The translations under genes and the position numbers were made by a program. From Thermoplasmata archaeon (lineage in GTDB: Archaea > Thermoplasmatota > E2 > DHVEG-1): a stretch of 48,068 nucleotides of DNA. Below, piece by piece: positions 1-10,825 of the stretch. Each line of letters begins with the position of its first letter. Position 1 is the stretch's first letter. The stretch lies in assembly GCA_030640585.1 (NCBI GenBank), contig DAOWIZ010000018.1, positions 1 through 48,068 of the forward strand. The letters run 5' to 3'. The notes under the pieces are model-generated. The model had not been told where the DNA came from. It saw only the letters and a program-made list of their open reading frames with translations, and did not search any database.

Positions 1-1333
1 CTCAGGAATTAATACCAAAGAAGATGTATTGAATACGGCAAAAAAAGAAAATATTGTTTTTGTTAGACTGCAATTTGTTGACATACTTGGTTTTCCAAAA
101 AATATTGTAATACCTGCTAGCAGACTTGAAGAAGCGCTTGATGAGGGTATGCCATTTGATGCATCATCAATAGCTGGATACGCAACAATAGAAGAATCAG
201 ATAAAATTGCAAAACCTGATCCTGAAAGTTTTGTAATTTTACCTGAAAGCATTGAAAAAAGAAAAACAGCAAAGATAAACTGCGATATTTATGAACCGGA
301 TGGACAACGGTTCATCGGTGACTCTAAATATATCCTAGAAAGAGTTGTAAATAAGGCCAAGAAACTAGGGTATATTTATAATACAGGGCCAGAATGCGAA
401 TTTTTCTTATTTAAAAAAGATGGCGATGATTTAACATTAACTCCTAATGATCATGCAGGTTACTTTGATCTGTCTCACCGTGATCTGGCAGAAGGAGTTC
501 GTGCTGATATCTCTATTGCGCTTGATGCTTTTGGGATAAAAACCTATACGGCACATCATGAAGTAGCAGGCGGCCAACATGAAATAAATTTTAGATATGC
601 AGATGCCCTTACAACTGCAGATAACGTTATTACATTAAAATATGTTACAAAAGTAATTGCCAGGAAACATAATTTGCATGCATCATTTATGCCAAAACCT
701 TTGTATGGTGTTGCGGGTTCAGGGATGCATACGCATATGTCTCTTTTTACAAAAGATGGAGAAAATGCTTTTTATAGCCAAGAGGATGAAAATCAACTGA
801 GTTCTTTGGCAAAAAATTTTATCGCTGGTTTGCTAATGTATATAAAGGAAATTACAGCAATTCTTAACCCAACAGTAAACTCTTATAAAAGACTTGTTCC
901 AGGGTACGAGGCTCCAACATACATTTCATGGGCAAATAGGAATCGTAGTGCATTAATAAGAATTCCAACTAGTAGGCAAAAAGGCACCCGGTGCGAGTTG
1001 AGAAGCCCTGATCTATCGGGTAATCCTTATCTACAGTTTGCTGTCCTACTTGCCGCTGGGCTAAAAGGCATCGAAGAATGTCTTGAACCACCGGAATCTA
1101 TTGAAAAAAACATATATAAATTATCAGATGAGGAAAGGAAAAAACATTGTATAACACAATTACCCGAGAGTCTTGGGCACGCAATCGCTTTAATGGAAGA
1201 TAGTAAACTGTCGAAAGAAGCATTAGGAAAACATGTTTTCAACAACTTCGTACATGTAAAGCGTAAACAATGGAATGAATACCGTACCCAGGTTACCAAA
1301 TGGGAAATTGATAAATATTTACCTGTTCTGTGA
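1..1333 (+). CDS. glnA: Type I glutamine synthetase (5' end lies before the window)
   Basis: Motifs VRLQFVD, GPECEFF, HHEVAGGQHEI, FMPKP..G..GSGMHTH, NSYKRLVPGYEAP, NRSALIRIP. The frame is open back to position 2 (SGINTKEDVL...), so TTG 29 is probably not the start. Confidence 0.97.
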   Translation, partial: SGINTKEDVLNTAKKENIVFVRLQFVDILGFPKNIVIPASRLEEALDEGMPFDASSIAGYATIEESDKIAKPDPESFVILPESIEKRKTAKINCDIYEPDGQRFIGDSKYILERVVNKAKKLGYIYNTGPECEFFLFKKDGDDLTLTPNDHAGYFDLSHRDLAEGVRADISIALDAFGIKTYTAHHEVAGGQHEINFRYADALTTADNVITLKYVTKVIARKHNLHASFMPKPLYGVAGSGMHTHMSLFTKDGENAFYSQEDENQLSSLAKNFIAGLLMYIKEITAILNPTVNSYKRLVPGYEAPTYISWANRNRSALIRIPTSRQKGTRCELRSPDLSGNPYLQFAVLLAAGLKGIEECLEPPESIEKNIYKLSDEERKKHCITQLPESLGHAIALMEDSKLSKEALGKHVFNNFVHVKRKQWNEYRTQVTKWEIDKYLPVL

Positions 1334-1432
1334 TTTTAAGGCAGTTTGTATACAAAAACACCTTCTAAACTTTTCATAGTTAAGTAAATGTTATAAATCG
1401 GTTTTTGTATTCTGCTTTTGAGGTTTTAAACT

Positions 1433-1879
1433 ATGGGTTTTGAAATGCAGATTGTAAGCAACACGCCGTTAATCGGTGAGGGCGATGCTGATGTCGTAGC
1501 AAAAATATTTTTTGAACAAATAGGTTATCTATCTAAAGGGGCAAATCCAGATATCCCTTACAAAATCTTTGCGGATTTTTTTATTAAACACCCAGATAAA
1601 GCATGGTATGTTGATGAAATTTCAGCAGAACTTAAAATATCAAAGCCTACAGTTTACAGACATCTTAACAAACTAAAAGGCTTTGACATTCTTGAAGAGG
1701 TTCAAGTTCTTGACGAAAACACTCAGCAGAATAAAAAAGCATATCGTCTGCGTTATGGAAACATTCAAAAAGCTTGGAACTTTGTAGAAGCACATCTTAA
1801 AGTTGCAATAGAAAATTATGGTAAAACGGTAGAGCACCTACAGAGCCTTATTGACAAACAAAGGAAGGGTATCGAATGA
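1433..1879 (+). CDS. Winged-helix (ArsR/HTH-like) transcriptional regulator
   Basis: HTH segment VDEISAELKISKPTVYRHLNKL followed by wing KKAYRL; SD-like GAGG upstream. Confidence 0.75.
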   Translation: MGFEMQIVSNTPLIGEGDADVVAKIFFEQIGYLSKGANPDIPYKIFADFFIKHPDKAWYVDEISAELKISKPTVYRHLNKLKGFDILEEVQVLDENTQQNKKAYRLRYGNIQKAWNFVEAHLKVAIENYGKTVEHLQSLIDKQRKGIE

Positions 1880-2163
1880 GTAAAGATAAGGACAAGGTGG
1901 AATTAACAGAAGGATCTGAATATAAGATATATTCAATTGGTGGGAAAGATCAGTTTCTTGAAACGGAAGGGATCTTCAAAGGTTACATGTCAATAGGTAT
2001 TGACGAAACAGGCCTCTTAATAGAACTTAACCATAACCACAGCGAAATGGCAGGTAAAATAAGAATTGTTCCACTGCATGCAATTCTTGCAATTGATGTT
2101 TTAAATGCTATTGAAAATGAGAAAAAAGATGATGATGGGGAAATATCACATTATGTTGGATAA
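1876..2163 (+). CDS. Small hypothetical protein, possibly Sm-like beta fold
   Basis: ATGA overlap with the upstream gene; beta-rich pattern G.FKGY...LLIE...RIVPL.AI.AIDV. Confidence 0.6.
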   Translation: MSKDKDKVELTEGSEYKIYSIGGKDQFLETEGIFKGYMSIGIDETGLLIELNHNHSEMAGKIRIVPLHAILAIDVLNAIENEKKDDDGEISHYVG

Positions 2164-2269
2164 TTTAACTATCCTCTCTCTTTTTTTAACAAGCCTTTAT
2201 AAATAAATTAAAAAATATATTAAGCAGCAATTATTTATAGTAGTTTATTGTTTTTTAACTAGAACCAGT

Positions 2270-3052
2270 ATGCCTGTAAAAAAACAACCCATAATACGAT
2301 TAGAAAGAGTCTGTAAAAATTATAAAGAATATGGGGTAGAGGTAAAGGCAGTAAACAACATATCTTTGAAAATATTTCCTGGAGAACTGGTATCTATAAT
2401 CGGCCCTTCAGGATGTGGAAAATCAACACTCCTTCATTGCATGGGACTTCTTGACCGTCCAACATCTGGAACGATATATATTGATGGAAAAGACACGTCA
2501 AAAATAAGTGGAAAAGAAATAGCCCTTTTCAGAGGGGAAAAACTAGGATTCGTATTTCAAAACTATAACCTAATACCAAGACTTACAGTGCTTGAAAATG
2601 TACTCCTTCCAGGACAAATAATGGAAAAAGATGAAAAAGATTTGAAAAAAAGATCTGAATCTTTGCTAAAGGATGTTGGTATCTCACATCGTGCTAAACA
2701 CAAAGGCATCCATCTATCAGGTGGAGAGGCGCAAAGAGTCGCAATTGCCCGTGCCTTAATTAATGAGCCTGTATTAATCCTAGCAGATGAGCCAACAGGA
2801 GCATTGGACTCTGAAAGCAGCGCGGAAATAATGCATTTACTTGTAGATATGAACAAGATGAGAAATGTAACCACTGTTTTTGTAAGCCATGATATGGAAA
2901 TAGCAAGATATGGAAAAAGAACACTTACTCTCAAAGATGGTAAAATCATCGGAGATACAAGTGGAAACTCTAAAGATTTTGATAATACTGCAAAAAAACT
3001 TGAAGAAAAAGGTAAAAAGAAGGGCAGGAGAAAAAAGGTTAATGGGCGTTAG
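2270..3052 (+). CDS. ABC transporter ATP-binding protein, LolD/MacB family
   Basis: Walker A GPSGCGKS, GFVFQNYNL, LSGGEAQRVAIARAL, LADEPTGALD, VSHD. Confidence 0.95.
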   Translation: MPVKKQPIIRLERVCKNYKEYGVEVKAVNNISLKIFPGELVSIIGPSGCGKSTLLHCMGLLDRPTSGTIYIDGKDTSKISGKEIALFRGEKLGFVFQNYNLIPRLTVLENVLLPGQIMEKDEKDLKKRSESLLKDVGISHRAKHKGIHLSGGEAQRVAIARALINEPVLILADEPTGALDSESSAEIMHLLVDMNKMRNVTTVFVSHDMEIARYGKRTLTLKDGKIIGDTSGNSKDFDNTAKKLEEKGKKKGRRKKVNGR

Positions 3053-4481
3053 CAGCAGATTTGCATTCGGCGAGTTGAAAGAGCATAAACGAATTTATGT
3101 AATAATAATTGTAGTAATCGCCCTAACAATGACCTCTTTTATGCTTGAAAATGCTTATATTAATTATATGATGCAAGTAGTAGATGATACCACTAAGCTG
3201 ACGACGGCTGATGCAGTTATTACAGACCCAAGTTGCAACATACGTGATGTTTATGGTACTGAAACAGAATTGAAAAATGCTGGTAAAATCGCAAGAGAAA
3301 TAGAAAAAAGACTGCCTGGGTACAAAACAAGTGTTCGGGTGACAGCACAAGGAACTTATGGGCTGGATATAGAAGGAGAAGCCGTTGACGCATGCACAAT
3401 ACAAGGCATTGACCCTGAGAAAGATGACATCCTTGTAGGAATAAAAGAAAAAATAGTTAAAGGCAGGTATTTCAAAGACAGTGATCCAATTACTAGGGGG
3501 CATACCCCTCTTTATATCAAATTTGAAGGCCCTGGCAACCTACCCGATTTTGCATATGGTTCTGGTGAAAAACTATTGGTAGACGAAGAGCCGTATCCCA
3601 TAATCATTGGTGCAACAGTTACAAAAATTCACCCCTCCATAAATATCGGAAAAACAATAATGCTTACCATGAGTACGTCCGGTAGAGAAACTAGTTATGC
3701 AAGTGTTAATGTTAAAGTCATAGGGTTGTATGAAAGCGGTACACCAACTCTTGATACTATGATATGGTTCATGCACGCAGACTCTTTAAGGGAAATAAAG
3801 GGATATGGAGAAATAACAGGACATGACTGGCATATACCGGGTATAGGCACAATCAGAGGTTACAAACCAATAGAGGTTGACAAAAACCGTGGAGATGTCG
3901 TAGTTGTAAAAGCACCGGAACCGTTTCATCAATTAAATCCTATTGGTCATTCTGAGAATATAAAAAAGGATCTTGTTTCACTTCTGCCAAACCACAATGT
4001 TTACACCTGGCATGATTTCCTAGTTTATATCGCCGGTAGTATGCAAGATGTTGTTACTATCATGCTCTGGGGGAGTATTGCAGTAACTCTTCTCTTATGT
4101 GGTGCTGCAATAAAATACGTTATGGATTCTATAGTGATGCGTAAAACAAGAGAAATAGGTGCTCTAAAAGCATTTGGTGCACGTGACAGGACTATTTTTA
4201 AAATATTTTTATATCAAGGGTTGATAATAGGTTTCATTGCTGGGCTGCTTGGAATTGCTTTATCAATAGTCGTTATGAATTTTGTAAACTGGTATGGTAT
4301 AAATCTACAATTTGTAGCAGGTACACAGATAAAACTTGGTTTTATTATAAACTGGCTTACGCTTTTAATAGCATTACTTTTACCGATCGTGCTTGCGGCA
4401 TTGGCTGCTGCAGTGCCTGCTAAAAAAGCAGCGATGCTTTCACCTGTTGAAGCATTAAGAAAGGGAGAGTTGTCTCTCTAG
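3042..4481 (+). CDS. ABC transporter permease, FtsX/MacB/LolCE family
   Basis: N-terminal TM, large extracellular domain, RKTREIGALKAFGA, C-terminal PAKKAAMLSPVEALR. Likely start is ATG 3042, overlapping the ATPase end, rather than 2910. Confidence 0.92.
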   Translation: MGVSSRFAFGELKEHKRIYVIIIVVIALTMTSFMLENAYINYMMQVVDDTTKLTTADAVITDPSCNIRDVYGTETELKNAGKIAREIEKRLPGYKTSVRVTAQGTYGLDIEGEAVDACTIQGIDPEKDDILVGIKEKIVKGRYFKDSDPITRGHTPLYIKFEGPGNLPDFAYGSGEKLLVDEEPYPIIIGATVTKIHPSINIGKTIMLTMSTSGRETSYASVNVKVIGLYESGTPTLDTMIWFMHADSLREIKGYGEITGHDWHIPGIGTIRGYKPIEVDKNRGDVVVVKAPEPFHQLNPIGHSENIKKDLVSLLPNHNVYTWHDFLVYIAGSMQDVVTIMLWGSIAVTLLLCGAAIKYVMDSIVMRKTREIGALKAFGARDRTIFKIFLYQGLIIGFIAGLLGIALSIVVMNFVNWYGINLQFVAGTQIKLGFIINWLTLLIALLLPIVLAALAAAVPAKKAAMLSPVEALRKGELSL

Positions 4482-4620
4482 AGGGCACTAGGGGTTTTGT
4501 ATTTTTTTTTGTTTTGACATTTTGACGGCATAGTTTTAAATAATATTATTGTCAAGAGTTAACAAGAAACACATTAACAAGACATAAGAAGAGGTTGAAA
4601 TAATTAGAAAAGGTGATTAA

Positions 4621-5394
4621 ATGGATCTACATACAATCCCTAAAATGATGATACATAAACCCACATTAAATAGATTCGTCGAAATCGATTTTCTAAGAGG
4701 ATTTGCAATAATGTATATGATATTTGTACATGTACTGTGGGACCTTGACTATTTTAAAATATATCCGCTAAACAGTACGGTGCAACAAACCAATGTTATT
4801 ATACAAGTTGTGTTTTTTTTACTTGTAGGAATATGTTTATCTGTAAACTATAACAAAAACCAAGGGCGTTCAAAGAAAAAACTATATTTTCATATGGTAC
4901 GTCGGGGTTCAGGGATATTTGCCTTAGGGATGGTTATAACCTTAGTAACATTGCTGTTTATGCCGGATAGGCCTATTTTATTTGGTGTGCTGCATTGTAT
5001 AGGTCTTTGCATTATTCTTAGCCCCCTATTTCTAAGATTTAAACATTGGAATTTTGTAATTGCGACAGTAATGATTTCTGCAGGTATAATACTAGGCCTC
5101 TTCCATGTTGAAAACCCTACAGTGCTCCATCTACTCATTGGTTTGCACCCTGCTGATTTTTGGATACACACCATTGACTATTTTCCGTTGCTCCTATGGC
5201 TTGGCGTATGCCTGCTAGGTACTGCCATCGGAAATGTATTATACCAAGGTAACAAAAGAAGGTTCAAATTTCCCGACATCTCAAGATATGCACCAATCAA
5301 AGCCATCTCATGGGTTGGAAAACATTCACTAGGTATTTATCTAGTTCATCAACCAATAATTGCAGGTGCAATAACACTTTACTTGCTCGTATGA
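4621..5394 (+). CDS. DUF1624 / heparan-alpha-glucosaminide N-acetyltransferase-like membrane acyltransferase
   Basis: RFVEIDFLRGFAI..MI..H, FGVLHCIG, DYFPLL.W, GKHSL.IYLVHQP. Confidence 0.85.
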   Translation: MDLHTIPKMMIHKPTLNRFVEIDFLRGFAIMYMIFVHVLWDLDYFKIYPLNSTVQQTNVIIQVVFFLLVGICLSVNYNKNQGRSKKKLYFHMVRRGSGIFALGMVITLVTLLFMPDRPILFGVLHCIGLCIILSPLFLRFKHWNFVIATVMISAGIILGLFHVENPTVLHLLIGLHPADFWIHTIDYFPLLLWLGVCLLGTAIGNVLYQGNKRRFKFPDISRYAPIKAISWVGKHSLGIYLVHQPIIAGAITLYLLV

Positions 5395-5494
5395 AAGAAA
5401 ACGCTGATAAAAACTATGTTTGTCAAAAAGAGTATGTGAAAATTATTTTTGAAAAATTGTAAAGCTTTATGTATGCAAATTTACATACCACTTT

Positions 5495-5652
5495 TGGGGG
5501 AATTTGGTAGACCAGTAGAGTTAGGGTAAAGGATGGGTCTTCCATTAAACCGATTCCTCAAAATAGTGTTTGAGTTTGAGGGGAACCAAATACAAGTTAT
5601 ACAGGCATGCACAGACATGCAAAAGAAACTAAAATGCTGCCTGATTCCCCCA
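5495..5652 (+). ncRNA. Candidate structured non-coding RNA, family not recognised
   Basis: Closing helix TGGGGGAAT(5495-5503)/ATTCCCCCA(5644-5652) with nested helices TTGGT/ACCAA, AGACC/GGTCT, CCTCAAA/TTTGAGG, CAGGCA/TGCCTG. TATA-like AAAGCTTTAT at 5461 and T-rich tract downstream. Confidence 0.45.
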
Positions 5653-5709
5653 CCAACATTTTAATTTTTATAATTTTCAAAAAAACACAAGTTTGTATAA
5701 AAACAATGT

Positions 5710-6969
5710 TTATATCAGACGGGTTTGCCCACGGATTTTGTAGCTGGCAAGTTCCTTAAACACATCATCTTCTTGTAAAATATTAATAATGTCACCTGTA
5801 GAAGATGATACCCTAATATCCCTGGTCCTGCCATACCGGCCTTTTGAAATAACACGAGCAGTAATAATACCAAGCATATCTAACTCAGAAATCAAATCAG
5901 CAACACGACGCTGAGTTAACGAGTCCATACGAATTTTTTTGCAAAGCCCTTTATATATTTCGTATACCTCACCAGTTGTTATAGCACCAGTTGTCGCTGT
6001 TTTTTTGTTGTGTTCATCCTGTAGAATAACGGAAAGGAGAATAAGTTTAGATTGTGTGGGGAGTGTACGGACTACTTCAACTACACGGTCTATCTCTATT
6101 TTATTTTGAGCGAGACGAACATATTTTTTTGTAATACGAGGAGATTTTGCCCTCTCAGCTATCTCTGCGGACATGCGTAACAAGTCAAGTGCACGACGGG
6201 CATCACCGTGTTCCTGGGCAGCAAGAGCAGAACAAAGAGGCACTACATCATTATCGATCACCCCTGATTTCAAAGCAATACCAACACGCTGCTTCAAAAT
6301 ATCCTGGAGTTCGCCTGCGTCATAAGGTGGAAAAATCATGTTTTCCTCACCAAGACTTGACTTTACACGAGGGTCAAGAAACTCCGTAAATTTAAGATCG
6401 TTTGAAATACCAACAATACTAAGTTTAGCGTTCTTAAGATCTGTATTGATCCTTGATAAGTTGTATAATGCCTCATCGCCTTTTAATTTGTCAACCTCAT
6501 CGAGGACAATAATAGCGACCCCGCCTGTTTTATCTATTAATTTAATAAGTTTGGAATATACTTCATCAGTAGGCCACCCAGTAAAGGGTATACGTTCAGC
6601 CCATTCGCTTATAAAATGATTTGTTATGTTTTGGAGGAGGCGGTATTGTGTATCTACAACTTCACAGTTTATATAGATAAAATTGACTTTTTTTCCTGTT
6701 TCTTCGCCTTTTTTTACAATCTCCCTTCCAACAAACTTTGTAACAGCAGTTTTGCCAGTACCTGTTTTGCCATAAATAAAAACATTGGAAGGTGTTTCCT
6801 GACGTAATGCAGGCACCATAATGGACGCGAGGTTATTGATCTCGGAATCTCTATGCAGAAGTATTTCTGGCATATATGTCGGCCTCATTGCCTCTCTATT
6901 AATGAATAGGCCTTTTGAATTTAATAAGCGGCCGAATATGTCACTATTTATTGTGTTCTTTTTACTCGT
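5710..6969 (-). CDS. cdc6: Orc1/Cdc6 replication initiator
   Basis: Walker A YGKTGTGKT, Walker B IIVLDEVD, GDARRALDLLR, C-terminal wH with SKGRYGRT. The frame extends 27 codons upstream of ATG 6888; the start at 6969 is tentative (see findings). Confidence 0.96.
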   Translation of the reverse strand, partial: TSKKNTINSDIFGRLLNSKGLFINREAMRPTYMPEILLHRDSEINNLASIMVPALRQETPSNVFIYGKTGTGKTAVTKFVGREIVKKGEETGKKVNFIYINCEVVDTQYRLLQNITNHFISEWAERIPFTGWPTDEVYSKLIKLIDKTGGVAIIVLDEVDKLKGDEALYNLSRINTDLKNAKLSIVGISNDLKFTEFLDPRVKSSLGEENMIFPPYDAGELQDILKQRVGIALKSGVIDNDVVPLCSALAAQEHGDARRALDLLRMSAEIAERAKSPRITKKYVRLAQNKIEIDRVVEVVRTLPTQSKLILLSVILQDEHNKKTATTGAITTGEVYEIYKGLCKKIRMDSLTQRRVADLISELDMLGIITARVISKGRYGRTRDIRVSSSTGDIINILQEDDVFKELASYKIRGQTRLI

Positions 6970-7029
6970 AAAATTACTCCCCCTTACTTCCTGTAATTAG
7001 TTATGCTATATTAAAATTTATGTATAATT

Positions 7030-7262
7030 TTTCCCTTTACTTATATCTGTTGGAACAAATGAAGGGGAAGGCCTTTGCTTCCAGTGGAAAAGGAAAGTGA
7101 ATGTGTTTTAATCTTTAAATTTTTTTATTTCTATATTTTTAAAAATGGAACTATTAAAATACTAAAAATTACATAACATATTGGATATACTCACGTCTCT
7201 CTATTTTTAACAAAAATCTTACTCACGCTTTAATAAGTTCCAAACGAAACAAAGGGGTCTCC
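7030..7262. other. Putative chromosomal replication origin (oriC): ORB-like boxes flanking an AT-rich stretch
   Basis: TTCCAGTGGAAA (7079-7090), GTTCCAAACGAAACAAAGGGGT (7237-7258) and TCTGTTGGAACAAATGAAGGGG (7046-7067) resemble the archaeal ORB consensus with G-string. AT-rich tract at about 7105-7180; directly upstream of cdc6. Confidence 0.8.
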
Positions 7263-7372
7263 CTCATTATATAGTATAACTAAAATTAATCTTTGATCTT
7301 TCGACTTCTTTAACAAGAATTTGCCTGTAAGAACTATTAAAGGAAAAAAACAAAAAAATTTTACGGGGTTGT

Positions 7373-7609
7373 TTATCCCCCAATAACAATTACATCTTTG
7401 ACTGATTTTATTGAGTTAAACGGAAATATCAAATGTCCTTGATTATCAAGATGATAGAGACGTGGGTCAACATCTTCTGAAGGCTCTACAAGAATAGTTA
7501 GCAAAGTACCTGTTTTGCTGTTGACAGTCGAATTTCGCATAACACCGAGATATAATCCTTCCTCGCTCATTACTGTTTTCCCTCTCAGTTCATTTTCAGT
7601 TATCTTCAA
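7373..7609 (-). CDS. PRC-barrel domain protein (CdpB-like)
   Basis: ELRGKTVMSEEGLYLG...TG.L..ILVEP...IPF..IKSVKDVIVI-type pattern; SD GGAGG before the TTG. Confidence 0.85.
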   Translation of the reverse strand: MKITENELRGKTVMSEEGLYLGVMRNSTVNSKTGTLLTILVEPSEDVDPRLYHLDNQGHLIFPFNSIKSVKDVIVIGG

Positions 7610-7640
7610 TTTTTTTTCCTCCTTTTTAATTTTTATTTGA

Positions 7641-10043
7641 TTACGTATATTGAATATCTTTGTCGCTTTTATCCTTTTTGGCTACACCGCTGCCAAGAGT
7701 TTCAGATATTTTGTCATAAAATTTAATAACATCTGGTGTGATTGACGCACGAACAAAACCCATTGCCTTATCAAAATGCCCCTTCGCAACAATCTTAGCT
7801 TTTTCGTTTTCCCTTAATGCGATCATCGCTGCCTCTCGACAGAGCGCTTCGATATCTGCACCTGAATAATTATCAGTACTGTTCGCCAACCAGTGATATA
7901 ATTTATCTTTATCAGGCAGAGAATTAAAATTCTTTATATTAAATGAAGTTTTCCGGTCTAATTTATCCACATCAGATTGAGACAAAATTTCACCTTTTAC
8001 TCCTCTTTTTAAAACATCTTCTTTTTCACGAATTATGTGATAATTTTTATTTTGAAAATCCTGTTTCATCTCTTCGACATCTTCTTTTGTTATTGACAAT
8101 GGCATGTTTTTTGTGTGTATCTTAAAAATTTCAAGGCGTGCTTCTTTATCAGGGGAACTAATTAAAACCAAACGGTCAAAACGCCCTGGCCTAAGCAAAC
8201 CCTGATCAAGAATATCGGGGCGGTTTGTGGCACCAATAACTACCACGCCATCCATGCTTTCCATACCATCAATACTTGTTAAAAGCTGATTTACAACGCT
8301 ATCTGTAACATGGGATCCTGTGTGTGTTCCTCTCATTGGAGCAATCGAATCAAGTTCGTCAAGAAATACGATAGTCGGTGCGACCTGCCTGGCTTTTTTG
8401 AATAGTTCCCTTACTGCTTTTTCACTTTCGCCTACCCATTTACTCATTACTTCAGGCCCCTTAATGGAAATAAAGTTAGCTTTTGACTCATGAGCAACAG
8501 CCTTTGCAAGCAAAGTCTTGCCTGTGCCAGGAGGACCATATAATAGAACACCGCGAGGCGCATGAATCCCCATTCTCTTGAAAACCTCTGGTTTTGTAAG
8601 CGGCCATTCAACAGCCTCTTGCAATTGTTGCTTAGCCTCTTCAAGCCCCCCTATGTCCTCCCATGAAACTTTTGGGACCTCAACAAAAAACTCCCGCATA
8701 GCAGAAGGCTCTATGCCACGATGCGCATTCACAAAATCATCCATTGTCACTTCCATTTTTTCAAGCACATCGACAGGGATCGGTTTTTCAAGATCAATAT
8801 CTGGTAGATGCCTTCGCAGCGCGTTCATTGCTGCCTCTCTTGCAAGAGCTGCAAGATCAGCGCCAACATATCCATATGTTATATCAGCCAGATCATCTAG
8901 GCACGTATCAACAGCATCCTTACTTATCGGCATACCGCGCGTATGAATTTGTAAAATTTCTTTACGCCCATTTCGGTCAGGAGCATCTATCCTGATCTCC
9001 CTATCAAAACGCCCTGGTCGTCGAAGTGCCGGATCCAACGAGTCTGGGATGTTTGTTGCACCAATAACAATGAGCTTTCCACGTCCTTTCAAACCATCCA
9101 TCAAAGTAAGCATCTGAGAAACAACGCGTTTTTCAACTTCACCATGTGTTTCGCTTCTTTTACCAGCAATTGCATCTATTTCATCAATGAAAATAATCGA
9201 AGGAGCATTTTTTTCCCCATCTTCAAATATTTTCCTAAGATTTTCTTCTGATTGCCCATAAAATTTCGACATGATTTCTGGACCATTGATCGTATAAAAA
9301 TTTGCGCCCGACTCGTTTGCCACTGCTTTTGCAATAAGTGTTTTACCAGTGCCGGGTGGCCCGTGCAGCAAAACTCCTTTTGGCGGGTCTATTCCAAGAC
9401 GGTCAAAAAGTTCAGGATGTTTCAGCGGTAGTTCTATCATTTCACGGACTTTCAAGATTTCTTCATGGAGCCCTCCGATATCTTCATAGGAAATTCGCGG
9501 TCCTTCTGCCTCTTCAATTTTTGCCGCTTCTTCCTTAACTTGTATAGTTGTAAATTCATTTATTGAGACAATTCCATTGGGGGTAGTATTGATTATAATA
9601 AAAGGTAGCGCACTTCCAAATAATGCTATACCTGGTATAATTACGTGATCTCCAGTTGTAAGCGGTCTTTTTAACAAGCCTTTTTTTATGAGAACCTCAA
9701 TTCCACCTCCAAATTGTATTTGTTGTCCTTTTGATATGAGTGGTGCGAGTACTACATTTTTTGCTTCTTTTACCTCTACTCGTCTTATTTTTACTCGGTC
9801 TCCAAGACCTGCCCCTGAATTTTTTCTAGTTAAATTATCAATACGAATTATTCGTTTCCCTTCGTCTGTTGGATGGGCTCTCCATACTACGGCTGCTGTT
9901 GTTTTAGTTCCCTCGATTTCTATAACGTCGCCTATAGACAAATCCAGTTCAATTCGTGATTGATGATCAATTCTTGCTCGTCCGTATCCTACGTCTTGTT
10001 GAAAAGCTTCTGATATTTTTAATATGACTTCTTTCATCTTCAT
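7641..10043 (-). CDS. cdc48: CDC48/VCP (VAT) AAA+ ATPase
   Basis: N-domain [10 protein letters not shown], two AAA modules with [17 protein letters not shown] and LRPGRFDR. Confidence 0.97.
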   Translation of the reverse strand: MKMKEVILKISEAFQQDVGYGRARIDHQSRIELDLSIGDVIEIEGTKTTAAVVWRAHPTDEGKRIIRIDNLTRKNSGAGLGDRVKIRRVEVKEAKNVVLAPLISKGQQIQFGGGIEVLIKKGLLKRPLTTGDHVIIPGIALFGSALPFIIINTTPNGIVSINEFTTIQVKEEAAKIEEAEGPRISYEDIGGLHEEILKVREMIELPLKHPELFDRLGIDPPKGVLLHGPPGTGKTLIAKAVANESGANFYTINGPEIMSKFYGQSEENLRKIFEDGEKNAPSIIFIDEIDAIAGKRSETHGEVEKRVVSQMLTLMDGLKGRGKLIVIGATNIPDSLDPALRRPGRFDREIRIDAPDRNGRKEILQIHTRGMPISKDAVDTCLDDLADITYGYVGADLAALAREAAMNALRRHLPDIDLEKPIPVDVLEKMEVTMDDFVNAHRGIEPSAMREFFVEVPKVSWEDIGGLEEAKQQLQEAVEWPLTKPEVFKRMGIHAPRGVLLYGPPGTGKTLLAKAVAHESKANFISIKGPEVMSKWVGESEKAVRELFKKARQVAPTIVFLDELDSIAPMRGTHTGSHVTDSVVNQLLTSIDGMESMDGVVVIGATNRPDILDQGLLRPGRFDRLVLISSPDKEARLEIFKIHTKNMPLSITKEDVEEMKQDFQNKNYHIIREKEDVLKRGVKGEILSQSDVDKLDRKTSFNIKNFNSLPDKDKLYHWLANSTDNYSGADIEALCREAAMIALRENEKAKIVAKGHFDKAMGFVRASITPDVIKFYDKISETLGSGVAKKDKSDKDIQYT

Positions 10044-10159
10044 TTAGCTCCCACCAAATAATGCCTGTCTTTTTATGGCTAATGAGGAAGGATGTTATTA
10101 TAATTTATTCCCACTGGTTTTTATTTAGAAGCAATATTTAAATAACAATTTTATATTTA

Positions 10160-10819
10160 GTGCCTTATAAAATGAATTTGAAACTTAAACATTATTCCCT
10201 TCTACTGGCCATAACAGGAATCGTAGTTCTATATTTTATATCGCTTCTATCTCAACCAGTTTTAATAGAATTATCTGAACTGCCAGATTATGAAGATAAA
10301 CAGGTAATAGTTGAGGGAACCGTAACAGAATATCATGTTACAACCTATGGAAGCCAACTAATAACAATAAAAGACAAAAACAAATCAGCAACCATCTTTA
10401 TTGAGACAGAAATAGATGTTGAATACGGCGACCGAATAAGAGCAACAGGAAAAGTACAAAAATACAATGACGGCTGGGAAATAATTGTAAGCAACAAAAA
10501 ATTTATAGAAAATATTCATAAATGGCAAAACATTTCAATTCCTCTATGGCAACTTGCACAAAAACCTTCAAACTATCAGGGTTTAAACGTTAATGTTACA
10601 GGTGTTGTAGATTCACTATATGACAACTATCTTTATCTCACAGATCTGGATGGAACATATTCACTTATTGTATTTTACAACCCATACATGTACAATTCTT
10701 TATACCCTGGTCAAACGGTAATCGTTGAAGGTAAATTTGATTTTAATCAAGAAACATTCAGATACGCACTAACACTTTCTGAACAAAACCATAAAATCTC
10801 ACAAACATCCGGTGGATAG
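10160..10819 (+). CDS. Membrane-anchored tandem OB-fold protein
   Basis: N-terminal hydrophobic helix; two repeats of V.V.G.V...I.D...G..V...GK. The start may be ATG 10172. Confidence 0.7.
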   Translation: MPYKMNLKLKHYSLLLAITGIVVLYFISLLSQPVLIELSELPDYEDKQVIVEGTVTEYHVTTYGSQLITIKDKNKSATIFIETEIDVEYGDRIRATGKVQKYNDGWEIIVSNKKFIENIHKWQNISIPLWQLAQKPSNYQGLNVNVTGVVDSLYDNYLYLTDLDGTYSLIVFYNPYMYNSLYPGQTVIVEGKFDFNQETFRYALTLSEQNHKISQTSGG

Positions 10820-10825
10820 AATGCC

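Noticed and set aside
7890-8096. Mini-intein in CDC48
   Set aside because: No His-Asn/Cys splice-junction motifs, and too short.
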